DNA of 57,635 bases from positions 1 through 57,635 of IMG/VR virus record IMGVR_UViG_3300017778_008252; one strand, written 5' to 3'. Source of the DNA: a virus. Lineage: Duplodnaviria; Caudoviricetes. Position 1 is the stretch's first letter; each line of letters begins with the position of its first letter. Positions 24,797 through 36,502 of the stretch are shown one piece after another. The notes beneath the pieces were generated by a model that was given only the letters and a program-made list of their open reading frames with translations, was not told the origin of the DNA and searched no databases. A program made the translations under genes and the position numbers.

Positions 24797-26491
24797 GTGC
24801 TCAATATTTTTAAATATAATAGGATCCGTTTTGGACAAATGTACTATGATGCCAGAGATTACTTAACTAGTAAATTTTTGCAAGTAGGAGAAGTATTTAC
24901 ACCCGCTTCTGCGTATGGACAAATCTTACAAGTTCTAATTGATCTTGGTAAATTGATATTCTATTATGTTGAGGACAGTATTACTGAATTGAACATCTAC
25001 ACATCAACCAGAGATGTTTCAGTAAGAAACTGGGCAAGAATTGCAGGTCATAATCCAACTCGCGCTATATCGGCAACAGGTTCAGTAAAATTAACGTATA
25101 ACGGAAATCCACTTAACATTTACGGAAATACAATAATTATTCCCAAACACACTCGTCTTATCAACAATGTAAATAACCTTAGTTATATCATTGACATGGA
25201 CGGCGAAGAAACCAGAATGAATTTAATTGGAAAAAATTCAATCGAACTTCGAGTAATTCAAGGCGTAATTGAGTCACAAAAGGTAACAGGTGACGGAAAC
25301 TCTTTACAATCATATAATTTTAACGGAAAAAGAGGTGCACAGATTGATAATTTTAATGTTAAAGTTTATGTTAATGGTGACCAATGGAAAATTTACGAAA
25401 GTCTTTATGATATCCCATTTAACGCAAACGGGTGCATAATTAAAACCGGCATCAATGGAGGATTAGATTTATATTTCGGAAATAAATATTTTGGAAGAAT
25501 TCCGGATCTTGGAGCCACGATACAAATTGAATATATCTCAACAAGTGGTAACGGCGGAAATATATTTGATTCCGAGGCATCAAGTTTTACTTTTGCTGAA
25601 AGTTTATACGATACAATCGGAACACCCGTTAATGCAAACGAAGCAATAGATATTTCTGTATTTAAACCGATTCTATTTGGTTCTGACCCTGAGCCAATTG
25701 CTTTAACAAAAATACTAGCACCCAAAACTTCTAAGGCATTTGTTTTGGCAAATGCAGATTCGTATGTTTATTTTTTAGAAAAATTTAATATCTTTTCAGT
25801 TATAGATGCGTTTAACACTTTTGATGATGACGATATTACAGACGATAATGTAGTTTATTTGTTTTTAATCCCAGATGTTAATAAAAGAAAACCAGCAAGC
25901 GCGGATTATTTTTCAGTTCCAATACAATTGTTTTTATTGACTGATGACGAGAAAGAAAAGATTTATGACTACATTGAACAAAGCGGACAAAAGATTATGG
26001 GGACAGAAATTAAAATTCTCGACCCAATAGTAAAGAAATATGTTATGAACGTTAATGTCATAGCAATTGAAGGATATAGTAAAGATACTATTCGCCAATC
26101 AATTATTTCAAAATGCAGTGATTATTTTCTAAAAAATCGAAGAAGAGATAGAATTCCTAAATCAGATATTATTTCAATTATTGAAACGGTTGAAGGCGTT
26201 GATAGTGTTAATATTTGGTTTGTTTCTGAAGAGAATGAAGCCTTTAAAAAGGACCCGAACAATGTAAATCTCCCGGATAAAGGGATTGATGTATTTGGGG
26301 ATGTAATTATTAATAGAGGTGAGTATGCACTCGTCCGCGGTGGATGGGAAACCCGAACAGGTTACATTTATTATGATACAGTAGACCAAGGGAAACCTGG
26401 AAGTGTCAATGTTGCATTTGGTAAAGACACAAGTGACACTTTAAACTTAAGTATTCATCGAATCAATATCGACCAAGTTAAAAATTCATAA
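24797..26491 (+). CDS. Baseplate wedge subunit, T4 gp6-like
   Basis: SVRNWARIAGHNPTRAISATG, LYFGNKYFGRIP, YISTSGNGGN, GSDPEPI, follows the gp25-like gene. Confidence 0.85.
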   Translation: MLNIFKYNRIRFGQMYYDARDYLTSKFLQVGEVFTPASAYGQILQVLIDLGKLIFYYVEDSITELNIYTSTRDVSVRNWARIAGHNPTRAISATGSVKLTYNGNPLNIYGNTIIIPKHTRLINNVNNLSYIIDMDGEETRMNLIGKNSIELRVIQGVIESQKVTGDGNSLQSYNFNGKRGAQIDNFNVKVYVNGDQWKIYESLYDIPFNANGCIIKTGINGGLDLYFGNKYFGRIPDLGATIQIEYISTSGNGGNIFDSEASSFTFAESLYDTIGTPVNANEAIDISVFKPILFGSDPEPIALTKILAPKTSKAFVLANADSYVYFLEKFNIFSVIDAFNTFDDDDITDDNVVYLFLIPDVNKRKPASADYFSVPIQLFLLTDDEKEKIYDYIEQSGQKIMGTEIKILDPIVKKYVMNVNVIAIEGYSKDTIRQSIISKCSDYFLKNRRRDRIPKSDIISIIETVEGVDSVNIWFVSEENEAFKKDPNNVNLPDKGIDVFGDVIINRGEYALVRGGWETRTGYIYYDTVDQGKPGSVNVAFGKDTSDTLNLSIHRINIDQVKNS

Positions 26492-26495
26492 TTTG

Positions 26496-26528
26496 AAAAA
26501 AGTTAGGTTCTTTAATCTAACTTTTTTT
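26496..26528 (+). terminator. Intrinsic terminator
   Basis: aaaaaagttagg-ttcttta-atctaacttttttt. Confidence 0.65.
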
Positions 26529-26563
26529 CTTTTGAATTGATATATAAACAAAAAGGCTCGCAC

Positions 26564-26830
26564 ATGGAACAGAGAGAAGGTCGGTACTTAACCAGAGAAA
26601 ATTTTAGAGAAACAACTAAGCATCAATTTGATGACTTAAAGAACATTGGTTATGATTGGAGAAATAACGTCTTCAATAAAACACTAAGTCCATACATTTT
26701 AAGTGACAGCAAAAGAAAAGATATCTTAACGGAAATGCAGAAATTCGTTGTTTATATTATGGATTATGTTTCACAAATCAAAAAGGGTGTTAACTACACA
26801 GTGGACAAGAATTATAAATATCTGAACTAA
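26564..26830 (+). CDS. Hypothetical (structural operon) protein
   Basis: ATG 26564 after GATATATA (26539); stop overlaps the next start. Confidence 0.75.
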   Translation: MEQREGRYLTRENFRETTKHQFDDLKNIGYDWRNNVFNKTLSPYILSDSKRKDILTEMQKFVVYIMDYVSQIKKGVNYTVDKNYKYLN

Positions 26831-29800
26831 TGTTATTTACAAATAGATTAAATTTTTTCGATAAAGCCGGATTAAACTCAAATCCATCGAAGACGCAGGC
26901 AATCATTGTTAATGTGGTCCAAGTAGGAGACGGTTTTGGAAATGGGGCGAGGATTAGTGCATTTACTAATGTCTTTGGTCAAGTTGACTATGTTGAAATC
27001 CAAAAGACGGGTGCCGGGTATGACCCAGCCACGACTTATTTAAGTTTTTTTAATATCTTAAACAACGCATCTTGGGACACGAGTCCAGGTGATATTACGT
27101 TTGGTGGGAATGGCGAAATTTTAAATTTTACAATTCCGGTTAGTGATGAGAATAAAAATTTCATCTATCCATCCGAATACTATATAACACAAAAATTTCT
27201 TGAGCCAGTTTCAACAGGTCTTATTACTACAGATCACATTTTCGTTCTCGAGGAAGTTAAAAATAGTAACGGAGATAAAGAATATGTTTTTCCAAGAATT
27301 GACGAGTACGGACCGTACAATATTACAGAATACAGCAGTAACGGAGTTTCAGCAAGTATCAAAATTGAAACTATTACAATTACCGGAACGGTTTATGTTG
27401 GAAACAAAAATATAATTGCAGGGATTCCTATTGGGATTTTATCACAATTAAAGGTTGGAATGTATGTCCTGGGAACTGGGATTATCCAAGGAACACAAAT
27501 TGCTGCTATTGATACTACTTATAATCTAATTACACTTACAGGCGATATTTCAGTAACGGGTAGCATTTCAATAACAGCGTATATGCCACACGATATTCGA
27601 ACAGGTAATACTATTCGAATTTTCGACACATTATCTTCGACTCCAATAGATGGCGAATATGCAGTTACATTTGTAACGCCCACCAATATTTATTTTTCTT
27701 CAACTACAAATATCTCAACAACATCAACAACAACTTTAAGATATTCAGTTGTCCCAGTATTTGAAGCGACATTTGAAATCGGTAGTGACCCAGAATTTTT
27801 TCTGTTTGATGTAAATTATAATGAAGACTATCCGTCAATTGTTAAGCAATCCGTTGTTTATTTTACGTTAACAGATTCAAGCTTAGCTACAATCCCGGAT
27901 AATATCCCAACATCCGGAAATGGTGAATATATCCGAACTGTATATGGGCGCCTACAGAAAGAAGCTTTACAATTAAATATAGGTCTACAAGCAGACTATG
28001 AAGGTGTGTATACTGCATCATTATTAGTTTCAGATATTACATTCCCAACGAAAAGAACTTTCCTAACAAATCTGTATGACGGTGAAGTTGTTGCCGAGGA
28101 TGAACGTTTAGGCGCATTGTTAGAAAATTTTGGAAGGGATGTTACAGAGGATCAAGAAATGATTCTCAGAGATAGTGATGTCAATGAGGCATTGCCAGAT
28201 TGGATTTTACTCAACAAGAAAAGGAAAGAGATGCTCCTACAAGGCGAAGAGATTTGGCCGTACGTGGGTTCATATAAGGGTTTAGTTAATATTATAAATT
28301 GGTTTGGATATTTTGATATCCGAATCAAAGAGTATTGGCTAAATGTTAACCAAGAAGATGAGTACTTTGGAAAGTACCGACAAATGCAGATTCCTTTTCA
28401 ATTAAAAGACAAAGGAAAAAATAGTGATGCAATTACTTTACTTCCAAGTAAACATTATAAAAAAACAAATCTTTTTGGACTTTACTATGATATAGTTAGG
28501 GACAGCGGTGATATTGATAGTTTTGGGATTCCCGAAACAGAAGATGCGTTTGCTTATACAAATGAAGAAGTCCTAATTAAACTTTTTGCATTAAAAAAAT
28601 ATTTAAGAGAAAAGTTTTTACCTCTTAATACAAGAATTATTGATATAACCGGGGAAGGTGTTTATTATGAAAGATATGCAGTTAATTCTTGGAATGACAG
28701 ATCAAGCGAATTAAATATTGATTTAACTCGAGCGATTGATTTTTCTGTAAGTAGTCGAAGACAGCAAATTATTGATGTTCGCCCATTTGACCCAAGTGCG
28801 AATCTAATCTCTCCTCCTTATTATGACACAATAAGCAAATACACAGCAAGATATGATATAATTAGAACTTATATCACAAATCCTGGTGGCCCGTATTTTG
28901 GTGAAATTCCTGCAATTTCATTTTTAGGACAAGCTGAACAACAAGCTAGAGGAATTGTTAAAGTTAAAGGTGTCGCAACTGGAATAATTGCCCCAATTGC
29001 GTTTACAGGTGTTGGTTATCAACCTGGTGATATTATTACACTTGCTGGAGGCGCATATGATAATCCAATTCGACTTACTGTTAATATTGTAGGGTTAAAT
29101 GGAGAAGTGCAAAACTTTGGAATCACAGCAGGTGACAATCAAGGAAATAACTACACGGCGTTACCGCCAACTTTTTACCAGGCAAATGTTTTACGTCCTA
29201 TTGGAGGACAATATATTGTTCCTGCAGCAACTGGGTTTACTGTTGCTGCAACGGATATTCCGTTCGAAGCTGAAAGTGTTACTTTATACGATTTAGGATT
29301 AAAATATAGTACATTACCAACAGTAGTGTTCACACCAAATATCGGCGGAACAACTGCAGACTTAGAAAAAGTAACTTATCCTGGGAATCCGGTTATCTAT
29401 TTTAATGACGGCGCAAAACTTGAGCCTTATATAGATTCTCCGAATATTGCAGTTGGAGCACCAATTACTTTGTCAACAAGTTTCGATATTACTTGGGATG
29501 AACTTCCATATCGTTGGCTAGATTTAGGAGGCGGAAGTGATGCAGTTCTTCTGGGTTTAATCGATCCATTACCCAGCGGTTCGGGACAATTATTAGCAAT
29601 CGAGATACTTAGTCAAGGTGACGGATATCGTTACCCTCCAACTATAACTGTGGCAGGTGGTGGTGGATTTGGTGGGGCCGGAACAACAGAAATTTTAGGA
29701 GGAAAATTAAAGATATTAGAATTCACAGTTACTGGAGTTTCGAACTCGTTAGGAACTGGTGATTTACTTACATTGTCTCCAGCATTACCGACAGGCGGAA

Positions 29801-32800
29801 GTGGTGCGATTACTGCTGGGAAACTGGTTAAAGGGCCTGGAATTCCTGACGGTTCAATTATTACACTCGTTAATCAGCCGTTTAGTGAAATAACACTTGT
29901 TGATATTGCCGGAGCACCGATTACAACAACCATCAACCCAGGCGACAAAATCGTAGTGCATCAAGGCGTTAGCGTTACTGCAAATGGAAACAACTATGCA
30001 AGTGATCCAAACGTGGGTGTCAATGGTGGTCACGTTGGAACACTATATACTTGGGATGAAGTCGGCCGAGGTGATTTCTACCAAATGGAATGGAATGTCA
30101 CTTTAACTGAACCGGAGAATCCTGTTAATATTTTCAATTATAAAAGTGGAATTGGGACAATTGATAGTTTAATTAATACAATCGTTACTGTTCCATACAC
30201 TGGAAAATATACGATTGAGCTTATTGTTTACGACACAGATAATAATTTTGTTAATCAAATCAAAACAAATTGGGTTGAAGTATTTTTACCCGAGGCAACA
30301 TTTGCACACGTTTCTCGATTTAATGCAAATTGTATTACAACTTGGAATGATACATTCCAACAGCCGTTACCAGAGTTTGAACCTACATTTAATCAATTAG
30401 CACCACCGCTGAACGATGAACTTCGATATAGTTGGGAAAACGCAACGGGTCGATGGGTAAATCCAGTATTTAATAAATCAACTTGGGAAGATACACAGGT
30501 AAATTGGGAAACATTAGAACTTGGTAATCTATCCGCGGTTAATAATTATAACTTCCCGGCAACTATTGATTTTGAAATCTTACAAGTTTCAGCCGAAGAT
30601 AATTTGGAAGGTCCGATACTTTGGTATCGAGACACAACTACTACTCCAAGTTCACCTGTTCCAAGAATTCGAATATTAAATCAAAGACCGTATCCTGAAA
30701 TCGAACCGGCAATAAATCCAAACGATTGGATTTTTATTAGAAGAGGTGATGCAACTTATCAATTAGAAGTATTAGCTTCTGATTATACAGTTCCAGGATT
30801 TACAACAATTGATTTAGTAACAACTCCACCCGCAGCTTTCCGAAATTCGGCAACAACTTGGAGCGTTCTTCGTGAAATTGCTGGAACCATTGCAGTTGCT
30901 GGAAATCGAATATACGACCCGGTAACAAATCCTTCCGGGGTTAAAATTGGAGAATGGATTCGAGTGTTTGGAGCTGATGATACACCAAAAAAGAGAAGAA
31001 TCCCAATAGATGGGAAGGACAATTATATTGGAAATCCAAATTGGATTTCATTACAAGGCGTCGGAACAGATAGTATCTATTATAAAGGTGGAGAAATTAG
31101 TCAAATATACAAATATCGAGGTAGCGGAATTAGTAATGGAAATTTGGTTTGGGAACCTACTTCAGCCCAAAGTACTTGGGTGATTGAACCAAGTACAAAC
31201 ACAGATCCTTTAGTTAGCGACCATATTGGTAAATTGTATATTCTTGATGAAAATCCAATAGGCGTTTTCGGTATCGGTTGTCAACCTGCTAATCCCACAA
31301 CTGAGATTCGTCCTGGCTTTTCAACTATCAATTTATTTGTAGAACTAAACGGTAATGTAGTTTATAATCAAAGGTTAAGGTCAACGCACTCGTATTTTGA
31401 TACCAGTACATCTGGACATCCTTATGATATTTGGAGTGGTGTTATAGCAGGCGCAGTTGTTGGGTTTACTTACACAACAGCAGCATCAGGTCTAGTACCT
31501 CCCAGTTTTGGATATTTAGCAACCACAACAACTACGCCGGGTTCTGGGTCTGGTGCGACTTTTAATGTTGGTGTTTCTGGCGGGGTTGTTGCATTTATAT
31601 CATCTTTTGGAGGTGGTGTGGATTACTTAGTTGGAGATATTTTAACAATTGATGGTGCTCTTATTGGCGGGACTTCAGGTGCAGACGATATAACTATTAC
31701 AGTTACAAGTATAAACGGACTATCATCTGTTAACGGTGTCCATGTTATAGATATTGTTACTTTAGATGGAGGTTCACTTATTGGACTGAACACCGAATTA
31801 GCAAATTGGTATGGCTTAGGTGCTAACATCTGGTTGGAATACGAATATGAAATCTTTCCAGTAAGAACTTATTTGGGTTCAAATAATTCGGGAAATGCGG
31901 AAATCTATATGGATTTCAATATGTACCCGTCAAGTGGAAGTTTTACAGCAGCACAATTAGTTGATTTTACATTAACAGATACTGGATGGTTCTATGACCA
32001 TGGTATTGTATCGGGTGACTATACAATATATGTAACAAATACTGGAACTTGGCGAAATGGCATTGGAACACTAATTACAGTAGACGATACCAATTTTGAA
32101 TTATACAGAACAACAACATCTTACCGTTTAGGACAAAGAAGTTTCGATGAAGACTATGCTGAGAATCGTTTAGGTACTTTAGTCCAATCTTGGGATAACT
32201 ATCGAAGTTCAACTTGGGTTGAATCTTGTTACCATACATGGGACTCAATTGATTTACAAGAAAGAATTATGTGTAACTTCCAAATCACATCAGTTGACCA
32301 AAATGGAAGTATACAATACAACAATGACCCGCAGTTTTTATTTCAAGGAATTGTTGGTGGAATGAATAACGCAGAGAAATGGAGTCAATCTTTATATGAA
32401 TTAAGGAATACTGATAACCCAGGACTTTCTCGATTTGACTACTATATAACATCTGAAACCGATATTGGATACCTGTTTGGAAAAATTGATACTTATAATT
32501 ATCCTAATCAGATTTACGATGTTTCATCTACAGCTTTACCAATTTCAGCAACAGATGTGTTAATTGCTGAGTGGTTAGGACCTGCAGCAACTATCAATAC
32601 CGTAGCATTACCGATTATTACAATGGATAATCCGTTGCCAAAAAAATTAACGTTTACAGGCGATATTCAAACTGGAAGTATCTATATTAAAAATATTCAA
32701 GGTCTGTTAACAAAAGATTTGTATGTTGGTGAAATTCTTACAGGAAACGGTTTACCTGTTTCCCCAGCAGCACCTGCAACTGTTTTAGAGATTTTTGAAT

Positions 32801-33618
32801 CGGGTGGACACATCCGACAAATAAAAATTTCAATTGCATCCACAGCAACGGCAAATAATACAACGTTCAGCGTAGAGTGGTGGAGTCAAGATAATTTAAT
32901 TCCAAGTTTCTGGATGGCGAACGGTGGAACATTTGCAATAAATGCTTGGGCAAAAACTCCAAGTGTTGACCATTTAGGCTGGCTATTAGGACAAAATAAT
33001 GTTGAATTTAAAGATCCATTACATCCTATTAGTTCAGGAATTGGACATACCTATCCTCTCAAAAATACTGCAAATATGTTTGGATATGGAATTGAAAAAG
33101 TAGGAGGGTTTCTTAATGGATTACCTGATTATTTACTTTGGAATCGATTTTATCAAATCTATCAATACAACGGTATTAACCCATTAAGTTTACCTGGTGG
33201 ATGGTATCCCGCTGCACAGATCCCAGTATTATATCAATGGCTACCAAATCCAACTTTACCTACACCACCTGTTTTTGATAATGTAAATGAAGCAGAAATA
33301 GATGCAAACAGATTACCATACGAAAGTGGAATTGGTGGAGCAATGCGCTGGGAAGATACAAACATTGGAATTGACCCTGCAAGAATACCAACCGGTAGTG
33401 TTGTTTTATTAAGTGCGGATGCCAGTAAAATCTCCGGAAAAACAAGTTATTTTTGGAGAATTCGAAACAGTGAACGAGTCTTAGTTGAAATAACAGATTC
33501 GAGTATTTTATGGACCTTTTCAGCAATTGGAAAATATACAGTGGAATTAGAGATTACTGACAGCAATGGTAACAAAAAAACCACGAAAAAAGAAGATTTT
33601 ATTGAGGCGTATGAATGA
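26830..33618 (+). CDS. Giant baseplate/tail structural protein (gp7-like segment, Ig/PKD-like domains)
   Basis: 2262 aa; YVGSYKGLVNIINWFGY..I.IKEYW wedge-type motif; GxGY repeats; C-terminal GKYTVELEITDSNG PKD-like motif. Confidence 0.75.
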   Translation: MLFTNRLNFFDKAGLNSNPSKTQAIIVNVVQVGDGFGNGARISAFTNVFGQVDYVEIQKTGAGYDPATTYLSFFNILNNASWDTSPGDITFGGNGEILNFTIPVSDENKNFIYPSEYYITQKFLEPVSTGLITTDHIFVLEEVKNSNGDKEYVFPRIDEYGPYNITEYSSNGVSASIKIETITITGTVYVGNKNIIAGIPIGILSQLKVGMYVLGTGIIQGTQIAAIDTTYNLITLTGDISVTGSISITAYMPHDIRTGNTIRIFDTLSSTPIDGEYAVTFVTPTNIYFSSTTNISTTSTTTLRYSVVPVFEATFEIGSDPEFFLFDVNYNEDYPSIVKQSVVYFTLTDSSLATIPDNIPTSGNGEYIRTVYGRLQKEALQLNIGLQADYEGVYTASLLVSDITFPTKRTFLTNLYDGEVVAEDERLGALLENFGRDVTEDQEMILRDSDVNEALPDWILLNKKRKEMLLQGEEIWPYVGSYKGLVNIINWFGYFDIRIKEYWLNVNQEDEYFGKYRQMQIPFQLKDKGKNSDAITLLPSKHYKKTNLFGLYYDIVRDSGDIDSFGIPETEDAFAYTNEEVLIKLFALKKYLREKFLPLNTRIIDITGEGVYYERYAVNSWNDRSSELNIDLTRAIDFSVSSRRQQIIDVRPFDPSANLISPPYYDTISKYTARYDIIRTYITNPGGPYFGEIPAISFLGQAEQQARGIVKVKGVATGIIAPIAFTGVGYQPGDIITLAGGAYDNPIRLTVNIVGLNGEVQNFGITAGDNQGNNYTALPPTFYQANVLRPIGGQYIVPAATGFTVAATDIPFEAESVTLYDLGLKYSTLPTVVFTPNIGGTTADLEKVTYPGNPVIYFNDGAKLEPYIDSPNIAVGAPITLSTSFDITWDELPYRWLDLGGGSDAVLLGLIDPLPSGSGQLLAIEILSQGDGYRYPPTITVAGGGGFGGAGTTEILGGKLKILEFTVTGVSNSLGTGDLLTLSPALPTGGSGAITAGKLVKGPGIPDGSIITLVNQPFSEITLVDIAGAPITTTINPGDKIVVHQGVSVTANGNNYASDPNVGVNGGHVGTLYTWDEVGRGDFYQMEWNVTLTEPENPVNIFNYKSGIGTIDSLINTIVTVPYTGKYTIELIVYDTDNNFVNQIKTNWVEVFLPEATFAHVSRFNANCITTWNDTFQQPLPEFEPTFNQLAPPLNDELRYSWENATGRWVNPVFNKSTWEDTQVNWETLELGNLSAVNNYNFPATIDFEILQVSAEDNLEGPILWYRDTTTTPSSPVPRIRILNQRPYPEIEPAINPNDWIFIRRGDATYQLEVLASDYTVPGFTTIDLVTTPPAAFRNSATTWSVLREIAGTIAVAGNRIYDPVTNPSGVKIGEWIRVFGADDTPKKRRIPIDGKDNYIGNPNWISLQGVGTDSIYYKGGEISQIYKYRGSGISNGNLVWEPTSAQSTWVIEPSTNTDPLVSDHIGKLYILDENPIGVFGIGCQPANPTTEIRPGFSTINLFVELNGNVVYNQRLRSTHSYFDTSTSGHPYDIWSGVIAGAVVGFTYTTAASGLVPPSFGYLATTTTTPGSGSGATFNVGVSGGVVAFISSFGGGVDYLVGDILTIDGALIGGTSGADDITITVTSINGLSSVNGVHVIDIVTLDGGSLIGLNTELANWYGLGANIWLEYEYEIFPVRTYLGSNNSGNAEIYMDFNMYPSSGSFTAAQLVDFTLTDTGWFYDHGIVSGDYTIYVTNTGTWRNGIGTLITVDDTNFELYRTTTSYRLGQRSFDEDYAENRLGTLVQSWDNYRSSTWVESCYHTWDSIDLQERIMCNFQITSVDQNGSIQYNNDPQFLFQGIVGGMNNAEKWSQSLYELRNTDNPGLSRFDYYITSETDIGYLFGKIDTYNYPNQIYDVSSTALPISATDVLIAEWLGPAATINTVALPIITMDNPLPKKLTFTGDIQTGSIYIKNIQGLLTKDLYVGEILTGNGLPVSPAAPATVLEIFESGGHIRQIKISIASTATANNTTFSVEWWSQDNLIPSFWMANGGTFAINAWAKTPSVDHLGWLLGQNNVEFKDPLHPISSGIGHTYPLKNTANMFGYGIEKVGGFLNGLPDYLLWNRFYQIYQYNGINPLSLPGGWYPAAQIPVLYQWLPNPTLPTPPVFDNVNEAEIDANRLPYESGIGGAMRWEDTNIGIDPARIPTGSVVLLSADASKISGKTSYFWRIRNSERVLVEITDSSILWTFSAIGKYTVELEITDSNGNKKTTKKEDFIEAYE

Positions 33619-35200
33619 TAAAATAAATAAAAATACACCCGCTATTTTTCAACGTTTTCAAGCGCAATCGCAAAGAAACGCAAATATTGAAAATGGTAAT
33701 ACAGTAAATAATTCCGCACAAGGCAAAATTTGGACATCAGATATTTCGGTAGCAGACGGATATTCAGTAAATTATTCTGCATCTGTTTCTATAATTTTAC
33801 CGGCTATTCAAGGTTCTGGAAAAACTTGGAATTATTTTATAACTATTGACTATGATGCAACATTACAAGCTGGCGGAACAAATCCTGGGTTCTTTGGTTC
33901 TAATCTAATAAAGCCAAATGACAATTTTATCATAGGAGGGCAAGGCCATGATTGGGTTAAAGGATTTGTTAATAAAATTATTACTATATCAGATACAGGA
34001 GGACCACCAACCTATACCTATACATATTTATTATTTGTTACAATAGTTGATGGCGACCCATTAAAAGTAAATGCAAACACGAGTACATTTTATTGGAATC
34101 GGCAAATTGCTGATAGTCCAGAAAATCTAGATAATCTGCCACCGAGCGAGATTACATTTTCTTATAATCCTGGAACGTATGAAACTAAACTTTTTTGGAA
34201 AGACTCAAATCAGAACGCAAAACGGCATATAGTTAAAATCAGAGATATAAGTACTACTGATACTTTACAGTTAATGTATATTAAAACGTATGGAAATAAA
34301 ATGAACTTTTCCGGAAGTTTAGTTCCGATTGTTGATGCAAATACTACGGACATTAGTACAGTTAAAATAGTTGACCCAGGTATTGATTTTGTTCACCCAA
34401 GAAGAATTGAATTTATTGGTGAAGGTTCCGGTTCTATTTTTCTAGCCACGCCATACTCGTTTACAGGTAGTTTACCAATTCACGAATACGAAGTTGTTGG
34501 GGTTGGAGTTGGCACAAATACAATTTCGGTTAAAAGTAAAAAAACATACCCAGATTGGGGATGGCCCATTCCCGTTGTTTCAGCATATATTGAAGATTTA
34601 CCTGGAATTGCATTTAGTAATTATAAAGTTGCATCAGTTACTCAAGTCAATGATAACTTGTTTACGGTATTTCTTGATTACGCTGAAAACAGTGGAATTA
34701 GTGTTGCAATACCTATTGGATGGACAACTACCGTACTCAATAGTACAATTAAAATTCATAATGGATGCCAACGAGTTACTGTTACTGGATTGCCGATAAC
34801 TACAGTATTCGGAGACGACAAAGTTGATTTACCAACAAATCAGTATTTATCAGATTGGTTTATTGGCAGTAAAATTGCATCGAGTAATTTCCCAGCAAAT
34901 ACATATATTACAGGAATTACAAAAAATCAAATTACATTTAGTGCTGCAGGGACAACTGGAAGTGGTTCTACTTTTGACATATTAGGAACAGGAATTGGTT
35001 ACACAGGAAAAACAAGAGCCAAAGTTCAAGAAATAAATACCGGAGCACAATTACATATAGACCCAGTTTGGGAACAATGGACAAAAAATGATTGGTTGTC
35101 TAGATCTGAGTTTGCAATTAGTGTTGCAAGTACATTTGATGATTTACAAAAAAATACTTCACAATGGAGCGAAGAAATCTACACAAAAAACATCCGCTAA
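33611..35200 (+). CDS. Putative virion structural protein
   Basis: T/S/G-rich beta-type composition; ATG 33611 overlaps the upstream stop. Confidence 0.7.
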   Translation: MNDKINKNTPAIFQRFQAQSQRNANIENGNTVNNSAQGKIWTSDISVADGYSVNYSASVSIILPAIQGSGKTWNYFITIDYDATLQAGGTNPGFFGSNLIKPNDNFIIGGQGHDWVKGFVNKIITISDTGGPPTYTYTYLLFVTIVDGDPLKVNANTSTFYWNRQIADSPENLDNLPPSEITFSYNPGTYETKLFWKDSNQNAKRHIVKIRDISTTDTLQLMYIKTYGNKMNFSGSLVPIVDANTTDISTVKIVDPGIDFVHPRRIEFIGEGSGSIFLATPYSFTGSLPIHEYEVVGVGVGTNTISVKSKKTYPDWGWPIPVVSAYIEDLPGIAFSNYKVASVTQVNDNLFTVFLDYAENSGISVAIPIGWTTTVLNSTIKIHNGCQRVTVTGLPITTVFGDDKVDLPTNQYLSDWFIGSKIASSNFPANTYITGITKNQITFSAAGTTGSGSTFDILGTGIGYTGKTRAKVQEINTGAQLHIDPVWEQWTKNDWLSRSEFAISVASTFDDLQKNTSQWSEEIYTKNIR

Positions 35201-35757
35201 CCGAAGCGATAATTAGTGGGAAAGGCAGTCAAAAAATTGCAGTCTTTGACTTGGATGATACACTAATTATTTCATCAGCACAAATTCAAGTATTAGACGT
35301 TCATACACAAAAAGTCGTGGCAAAAATGTCATCTGAAGAGTTTAATCACTTTAAAGAACTACAGTCGCCTAAATATAAGCTTTCGTATAAAGAGTTTGAA
35401 GATATTGATATTTTGAGAAACTCGACTTGGATTTTCACAGTAATGCGGCAATTATTAAACTTTTATAATACGGGTTGGCACGTTGGGATTATCACAGCAA
35501 GGTCTGATGCAAAGATGATTAAGAATTTTTTTGATGAAAACGGTATCCGAATTCATACAGATTTAATCTATGCGGTTAATGACCCTGCCTTTGGATTTAC
35601 AGGAGGAATCTCAGTTCGAAAAAAACAAGCAATCCACCAATTAGTAGATACCGGGTATAAAGAATTTATCTTTTTTGATGACCACGATGAAAATTTAATT
35701 CTCGCAAAAGAAGTAGAAAATGAGCGAGGTGTTACCGTGAAAACCGTAAAGGTGTAA
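35164..35757 (+). CDS. HAD-superfamily hydrolase
   Basis: VFDLDDTLI (motif I), IITARS (II), KK (III), FFDDHDENL (IV). Confidence 0.85.
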   Translation: MERRNLHKKHPLTEAIISGKGSQKIAVFDLDDTLIISSAQIQVLDVHTQKVVAKMSSEEFNHFKELQSPKYKLSYKEFEDIDILRNSTWIFTVMRQLLNFYNTGWHVGIITARSDAKMIKNFFDENGIRIHTDLIYAVNDPAFGFTGGISVRKKQAIHQLVDTGYKEFIFFDDHDENLILAKEVENERGVTVKTVKV

Positions 35758-35782
35758 TTTCTACATTAAAAAAAACTTGTTT

Positions 35783-36502
35783 ATGGCTAGAAGGAAAAAA
35801 GAAACAGTTCAGGATTTCGACATGGATCCACTCCTGCCCTCACAGGCGCTTAGAAACAAAATTTCAGTAAAATTAAAATGCAAAACAGAAACCCAGAAAA
35901 AACTGATTGAATCAATTAAAGGAAATGAAATTACAATTTGTGCAGGTCCTGCTGGGACCGGGAAAACTTATGTTGCTTGTGCCGAGGCATTAGCAATGTT
36001 GGCGAAAGGCACATATCAAAAAATTATTGTTGCAAAAAGCGTCACCGTATTGGACGGAGAAGAGATTGGTTTTTTAAAGGGGACCGTTAAAGAAAAAATG
36101 GAACCTGTTATGCTTTCCTTTATGGATAACTTTTATAAAATTATTGGCAAGCCATTAACAATCGAACTTGAAAAAGCTGAATTGATTGAAGTTGTTCCAC
36201 TTGCATTTATCCGTGGACGGTCAATTGATGATAGTTTTATCATAGTTGATGAAATTCAGAACCTAAAAAAGGAACACTTAATTACAATTCTTACCCGTAT
36301 TGGCGATAGGTCAAAACTTATCTTAATGGGTGACGGTGACCAAGTTGATTTAAAGAAAAAAACTGAAAGTGGATTAGGATGGCTAATCAACACTTTCAGT
36401 GATTTTTCAGAGATTGGAGTAGTTTCGTTTACAGAAGATGACAGCGTTAGAAATCCAATTGTTAAAAAGATTCTTAACCATATTAAAAATCAACCTTCTT
36501 AA
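35783..36502 (+). CDS. phoH: PhoH-family ATPase
   Basis: GPAGTGKT, IGFLKGTVKEKM, PLAFIRGRSI, VDEIQN, LTRIG, GDGDQVD, SVRNPIV. Confidence 0.95.
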   Translation: MARRKKETVQDFDMDPLLPSQALRNKISVKLKCKTETQKKLIESIKGNEITICAGPAGTGKTYVACAEALAMLAKGTYQKIIVAKSVTVLDGEEIGFLKGTVKEKMEPVMLSFMDNFYKIIGKPLTIELEKAELIEVVPLAFIRGRSIDDSFIIVDEIQNLKKEHLITILTRIGDRSKLILMGDGDQVDLKKKTESGLGWLINTFSDFSEIGVVSFTEDDSVRNPIVKKILNHIKNQPS